A stretch of DNA of 64,000 nt from Carpediemonas membranifera BICM (taxonomy: Eukaryota > Protista > Fornicata): positions 719,342 through 783,341 of the forward strand of contig JAHDYR010000005.1 of assembly GCA_019828565.1 (NCBI GenBank), written 5' to 3'. The notes beneath the pieces were generated by a model. The model made no database searches, was not told where the DNA came from, and saw nothing but the letters and a program-made list of their open reading frames with translations. Shown piece after piece: positions 59,720 to 64,000 of the stretch; within the stretch, counting starts at the first letter, position 1, and every line of letters begins with the position of its first letter. A program made the translations under genes and the position numbers.

Positions 59720-60797
59720 TCTTGCTGGGCTCCTTGCCGTTGAAGAAGTCCTTGAGCAGCTGCTGCACCTTGGGGATGCGGGTTGACCCGCCGACGAGCA
59801 CGATCTCGTGGATCTTGGTCTTGTCGAGCTTCGCGTCGGTGAGCACGCGCTGGACGGGGTCGATGCAGCCGCGGAAGAGGTCGCCGCAGAGGTCCTCGAA
59901 GCGGGCGCGCGTGATGTTCGTGAAGAAGTCGACGCCCTCGTAGAGCGAGTCGATCTCGATCGCGGCCTGGGTCGACGACGAGAGCGTGCGCTTGGCGCGC
60001 TCGCAGGCCGTGCGCAGACGGTGCATCGCGCGGGCGTTGCCGCTGATGTCCATCTTGTGCTTGCGCTTGAACTCGGTCACGAAGTGGTTGACCATGCGGT
60101 TGTCGAAGTCCTCGCCGCCGAGGTGCGTGTCGCCCGCGGTCGCCTTGACCTCGAAGATGCCCTCGTCGATGGTGAGCAGCGAGACGTCGAACGTGCCGCC
60201 GCCGAGGTCGAAGATCAGGACGTTCTTCTCCGCGGCCGACTTGTTGTCGAGCCCGTACGCGATCGCCGCGGCGGTCGGCTCGTTGATGATGCGGAGGACC
60301 TCGAGGCCCGCGATCTGGCCGGCGTCCTTCGTGGCCTGGCGCTGCGAGTCGTTGAAGTACGCGGGGACCGTGATGACGGCCTTGCTGACGGGCTTGCCGA
60401 GGTAGGCCTCGGCGGTCTCCTTCATCTTCTGCAGGACCATGCCCGAGATCTCCTCGACCTGGAAGGTGCGGGTCTCGCCCTTGTGCTGCACCTGGACGGC
60501 CGGCTTGTCGCTCGCGCCCGCGACGACCTTGAACGGCCAGTGGCCCATGTCGGCCCGGACCTCGCGGTCGTTGAAGCGCCGTCCGATGAGGCGCTTCGCG
60601 TCGAAGACTGTGTTGGTCGGGTTCATCGCCGTCTGGTTCTTCGCGGCCTCGCCGATGAGGCGCTCGTCCTCGTTGAAGGCGACGTATGAGGGTGTGGTGC
60701 GGTTGCCCTGGTCGTTGGCGATGATCTCGACGCGGTCGTTCATGAACACGCCAACGCAGGAGTATGTGGTGCCTAAGTCGATTCCGATAGCAGTCAT
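58877..60797 (-). CDS. HSP70: Cytosolic Hsp70, second copy (one apparent +1 base near 59528)
   Basis: Near-identical inverted copy of 55962-57882. Confidence 0.95.
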
Positions 60798-61159
60798 GTG
60801 CTTATCTAAGTCTGTGTGAGCGGTGTTGTAGTGAACGCACGTTGTTCACTGTTCTGCCATCCGGGGATCGATGCGATGAGCGGGCACGAAATCGATCTGA
60901 TGATTGATCTGATGCCACCCCAACCAGATGTTGCCGATGTACCCCTGGACACGTAATGGCGCCACTCGGCAGGCGTGGGGCCGCCACGGCTCTGGTTTCC
61001 GTCAGGTCCAAGCAACGCGTCAGCACGGCAACAATGCGCTGCCAGACGGAGAAAGCTCACCGCCGACCTGGTACCCCACAAAGCAATGCCTGATTATGAC
61101 ATCCGAAAGTGGCGCTCGACTCGAGCCAGAGTTGGGAATATACATATTTTCGACGTTTG

Positions 61160-64000
61160 ATGGAAGTGCCACCGCTTTTGTTTCGCACAAAACGCGTCAA
61201 TCCAATAGAGATATGGCGAAATGTATGGCGCCATATCCTTGACAGCGTTAGTTTCTCCCGCGACGCCCGTCGTTTCTGGGGCGAAATATACAGGACCTCC
61301 GAGATCAGACTGTTACAGATACTCATTGCGGTGATGGCTGCGCTATTTATCATTATCTCCAATGCTGTGATGCTTATCTCCGACGCCACCGGCCGCACGC
61401 ACGAGACGATGCTCGACTTGTCCTTCCTCCTGATGGGAGTGACACGCGCCTCGTCCATTGTGATCGCTCCCTTCGTGATCCTCATCGAGCTGGCCATGCC
61501 GAACTTCCTCCTGCGCATCCCCGCCTACCACGTGCTCATCACCCTCCTGCTGCTGTACAGCACGATGCTGTACTGGCTGCTCCTCTACCAGTTCGCCCAC
61601 AGGCCGTGGCCGTACCTGGTGACACCAAACCACTGGACGCTCTTCATTCTCCTCTGCGGCTGGGTGATCCCCTCTCTCCAGGTCACCCTTCTCGCAGTGG
61701 AGGCGATGCTCTTCAACCTTGCCGCCGCAGGGGTGCTGCTCGTGATGGACGGCTGGAGCTCAAGGATACCGCTCCAGCTCGGCCTGAACTTTGTTGCCAT
61801 AGTCCTCGCCGTGGTGTTGCAGACGAGACAAAACTTCTCCCTCCGAAAAACTCACCGTGCCTCGACAAGCACGATCGCACTCGCCCAGCAGGTCCAGCTG
61901 CGGGAGGAAGCCATCCAGAACCACCTGCTGGCGACCGTCCCGGCCCACATCCTGTCACGGCTCGAGGCGGGCGAGTCCACCGCTGTGTCAGATTACCCCG
62001 CGTCCTGTATTATATTCCTAACGGTCATGCCCAGGCGATCACTGCCTCTCGACGCCGAGGTTACGCTGCTCAACGAGTGCTTCCTGCTCATCACCGAGTT
62101 TGTCAGGGGCTATGGGCTGATTAGGGTCAAGACAGTCGGGCACACCCTGATGCTGTTCACTGACACTATCATCCCGTCAGACCTGAGTCATTTACTTATC
62201 TCTATGTACGACCCAATCTCATTTATCGCGACTCCCGTCGCACTCAAGGCAGGCGTGGCTGTCGGCCCCGTCTCCGGTGGGGTCATCGGCAAGCTCCGGT
62301 TCCAGTTCGACGTCTGGGGCACGGTGGTCAATGCCGCAGCCCGCATGGAGAGTCTGGCGCGGGCTGGGAGCGTCGTGTTGACAGAGGCAGCTTTCAAGGT
62401 CATCCTCAGCGACCCGGGCGAGGCGTTGCAGATGGCGCCCGTGGCCGTGAAGGGCCTAGGGACAATGCAGCCGTGGGTGATGCCGCTTCTGACAAACGAG
62501 GTCTCCGATGACGAGTCGATCGAGGAGCTCACGCTGTCCCCGGCCTCGGGTCTGTCCTCCGCGGTGTCCACCCCCCGGGGGCTCCACTCGCGGTCCCACA
62601 GCAGGTTCGACCTGACGCTCGGGACGCCGAGGTCCAGCAACAACACGCCCAGGGCGTCCACCCGCGAGATGACAGACCTGCCGAGCGTCCTTGCCGACCT
62701 TACCCACGTCGCCAAGAAGTTCGAGTTCTCATACATCCGGGAGGGCTTCGTCGACGGTTCTGTGCAGCGAGAGTTCCGGGCCTTCGCCTGCGCCCGCTCC
62801 ACATCCCGTTTGAGCCCGCTCGTCCTGGTGCTGGCGGCCATGACAGTGTTGATCCATGATATTGACTTCATCTTTTTCTTTGATAACAAGGCCACCGCGA
62901 CGTTTACGTGGGCCGGTGTGGCCGTGGCATTAGCCACTTTCTGTGCCTCCTGTGTCTGCGCAGGGGTCCTCGCCGCGATCATCGGGAAGCCACACCCGAT
63001 TTCCGCCGCTGTCGCGTTGTATTGCGACCTTGCTATCTTTTTTATCCACAATACCTTATTCTGCGCGGCGATACGGTACGCATCGGCAGACTATGCCATC
63101 GAGATCGATGCCTATCTGTCCCTCGTCACTGCGTCGATATTCCTGCGGGCCTGCATGGCGACTTTCTTTGACTTCGTCGCCGAGCCTTTTAATGTGATTG
63201 CTTTCGGTTCCATGTATTTATGTAATGCCCTCGTCTTCGGCCTGGCAAGCGGCTGGGCCCTTCACGCCGGGGTCGGCGGTGCAGCATCGCACGTCATCAA
63301 CTTGGTGATAATCGCGGTGTTCGGCATGAAAATCCGCATGACGCGGTGCGGGCTCATCTTCAGGACCCAGTCCATCGCTGAGGAGACCAGCCAGCGCGTC
63401 CACGTGCTCGAGAACAGGAAGGTCGCGCTGCTCGAACTCATCTACCCCAAGAGAGTCTGCGACTGTGTGCTGGCCGGCCGGCAGTACGGCCCCGAGTTTT
63501 TCCAGGGCGTCGGTGTCCTGGTGTTCGACGTCGTTGACTTCACCCACTGGTCAAGCACGCACGGCTCGGTCGAGACGATCGAGATGCTCAACTGGCTCTA
63601 CCATCTCTGCGACATGGAGGTCGTGCGCATGGCCGGAAAGGGCGTCAACAAGATCAAGACTTGTGGCGACGCGTACATCATCGCATGCGGCGCTCCAGAG
63701 CCGTGCGACCTACCTGTGGACACGCTCGTCAAGCTCGCCTTCCTCCTCGCTGCGAGAATGGAGGCCGAGAACGAGAACTGGCCCGATATCCGCTGCAGAT
63801 TTGGTATCTCGTACGGCGATGCCATGGGCGCTGTCATGGGTTGTGCTCAGACGTCCATTTTCGATCTTTTCGGCCCAACAGTGACCGAGGCCGAGCGCAT
63901 GCAGGCTGCTGGCGAGCCTGGCAAGGTCATGCTGAGCGCTCGAGCTGAGAGGCATTGGACCGAGGGAGCTCTCAGGGCATACCACATCGTCCAGCCTGTG
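61160..64000 (+). CDS. Membrane class III nucleotide cyclase (TM-cyc-TM-cyc), probably adenylyl; runs off the window
   Basis: ATG 61160 is in frame with the distal motifs; RVKTVG..FDVWGTVVNAAARMES and FDVVDFT..KIKTCGDAY..FDLFGPTV. Confidence 0.85.
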   Translation, partial: MEVPPLLFRTKRVNPIEIWRNVWRHILDSVSFSRDARRFWGEIYRTSEIRLLQILIAVMAALFIIISNAVMLISDATGRTHETMLDLSFLLMGVTRASSIVIAPFVILIELAMPNFLLRIPAYHVLITLLLLYSTMLYWLLLYQFAHRPWPYLVTPNHWTLFILLCGWVIPSLQVTLLAVEAMLFNLAAAGVLLVMDGWSSRIPLQLGLNFVAIVLAVVLQTRQNFSLRKTHRASTSTIALAQQVQLREEAIQNHLLATVPAHILSRLEAGESTAVSDYPASCIIFLTVMPRRSLPLDAEVTLLNECFLLITEFVRGYGLIRVKTVGHTLMLFTDTIIPSDLSHLLISMYDPISFIATPVALKAGVAVGPVSGGVIGKLRFQFDVWGTVVNAAARMESLARAGSVVLTEAAFKVILSDPGEALQMAPVAVKGLGTMQPWVMPLLTNEVSDDESIEELTLSPASGLSSAVSTPRGLHSRSHSRFDLTLGTPRSSNNTPRASTREMTDLPSVLADLTHVAKKFEFSYIREGFVDGSVQREFRAFACARSTSRLSPLVLVLAAMTVLIHDIDFIFFFDNKATATFTWAGVAVALATFCASCVCAGVLAAIIGKPHPISAAVALYCDLAIFFIHNTLFCAAIRYASADYAIEIDAYLSLVTASIFLRACMATFFDFVAEPFNVIAFGSMYLCNALVFGLASGWALHAGVGGAASHVINLVIIAVFGMKIRMTRCGLIFRTQSIAEETSQRVHVLENRKVALLELIYPKRVCDCVLAGRQYGPEFFQGVGVLVFDVVDFTHWSSTHGSVETIEMLNWLYHLCDMEVVRMAGKGVNKIKTCGDAYIIACGAPEPCDLPVDTLVKLAFLLAARMEAENENWPDIRCRFGISYGDAMGAVMGCAQTSIFDLFGPTVTEAERMQAAGEPGKVMLSARAERHWTEGALRAYHIVQPV

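Larger units (their letters stand above)
55726..61033. repeat. Inverted repeat with 2304-bp arms (55726-58029, 58730-61033) and 700-bp spacer
   Basis: Arms are near-perfect reverse complements, including the Hsp70 flanks. Confidence 0.95.

Noticed and set aside
1-64000. CRISPR array, retron or other prokaryotic defence system
   Set aside because: No repeat-spacer array; all RTs are LINE or gypsy type and the genes are eukaryotic.

Overview
Eukaryotic, compact, intron-poor protist-type DNA; a fornicate/metamonad such as Carpediemonas is my guess, not established. Positions 1-38.4 kb are a nest of retrotransposons. It holds three diverged APE-RT non-LTR elements (A 1-9572 +, B 9573-14520 -, C 17082-25735 +, full length with a 16-bp TSD), a 5' remnant (D) and three copies of an 83-bp 3' stub. 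It also holds three Ty3/gypsy elements: Gypsy-1 split into pieces, Gypsy-2 with 53-bp LTRs, and Gypsy-3 as a triplicated truncated unit inside Gypsy-2 gag. Positions 38.5-64 kb are host genes: an RCC1-like pair, an RdRP-RNase H fusion, tomosyn-like, a membrane protein, FAN-like BEACH, a Rab5/22-type GTPase, RPS15A, a TPR protein, an inverted Hsp70 pair around tRNA-Gln, and a membrane cyclase. Main candidates for new biology: (1) the LINE ORF1 carries a catalytically complete-looking Maelstrom/arenavirus-NP-type DEDDh+ECHC exonuclease, a possible anti-RNAi factor; (2) these LINEs have covarying structured RNAs at the 5' end, between the ORFs and at the 3' end; (3) a host Myb-RdRP-Zn-RNase H fusion lies next to the nest; (4) both gypsy elements with a visible 5' LTR have a perfect palindrome instead of a tRNA primer-binding site. 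Many frameshifts in repeated DNA fall in homopolymers and may be assembly errors.
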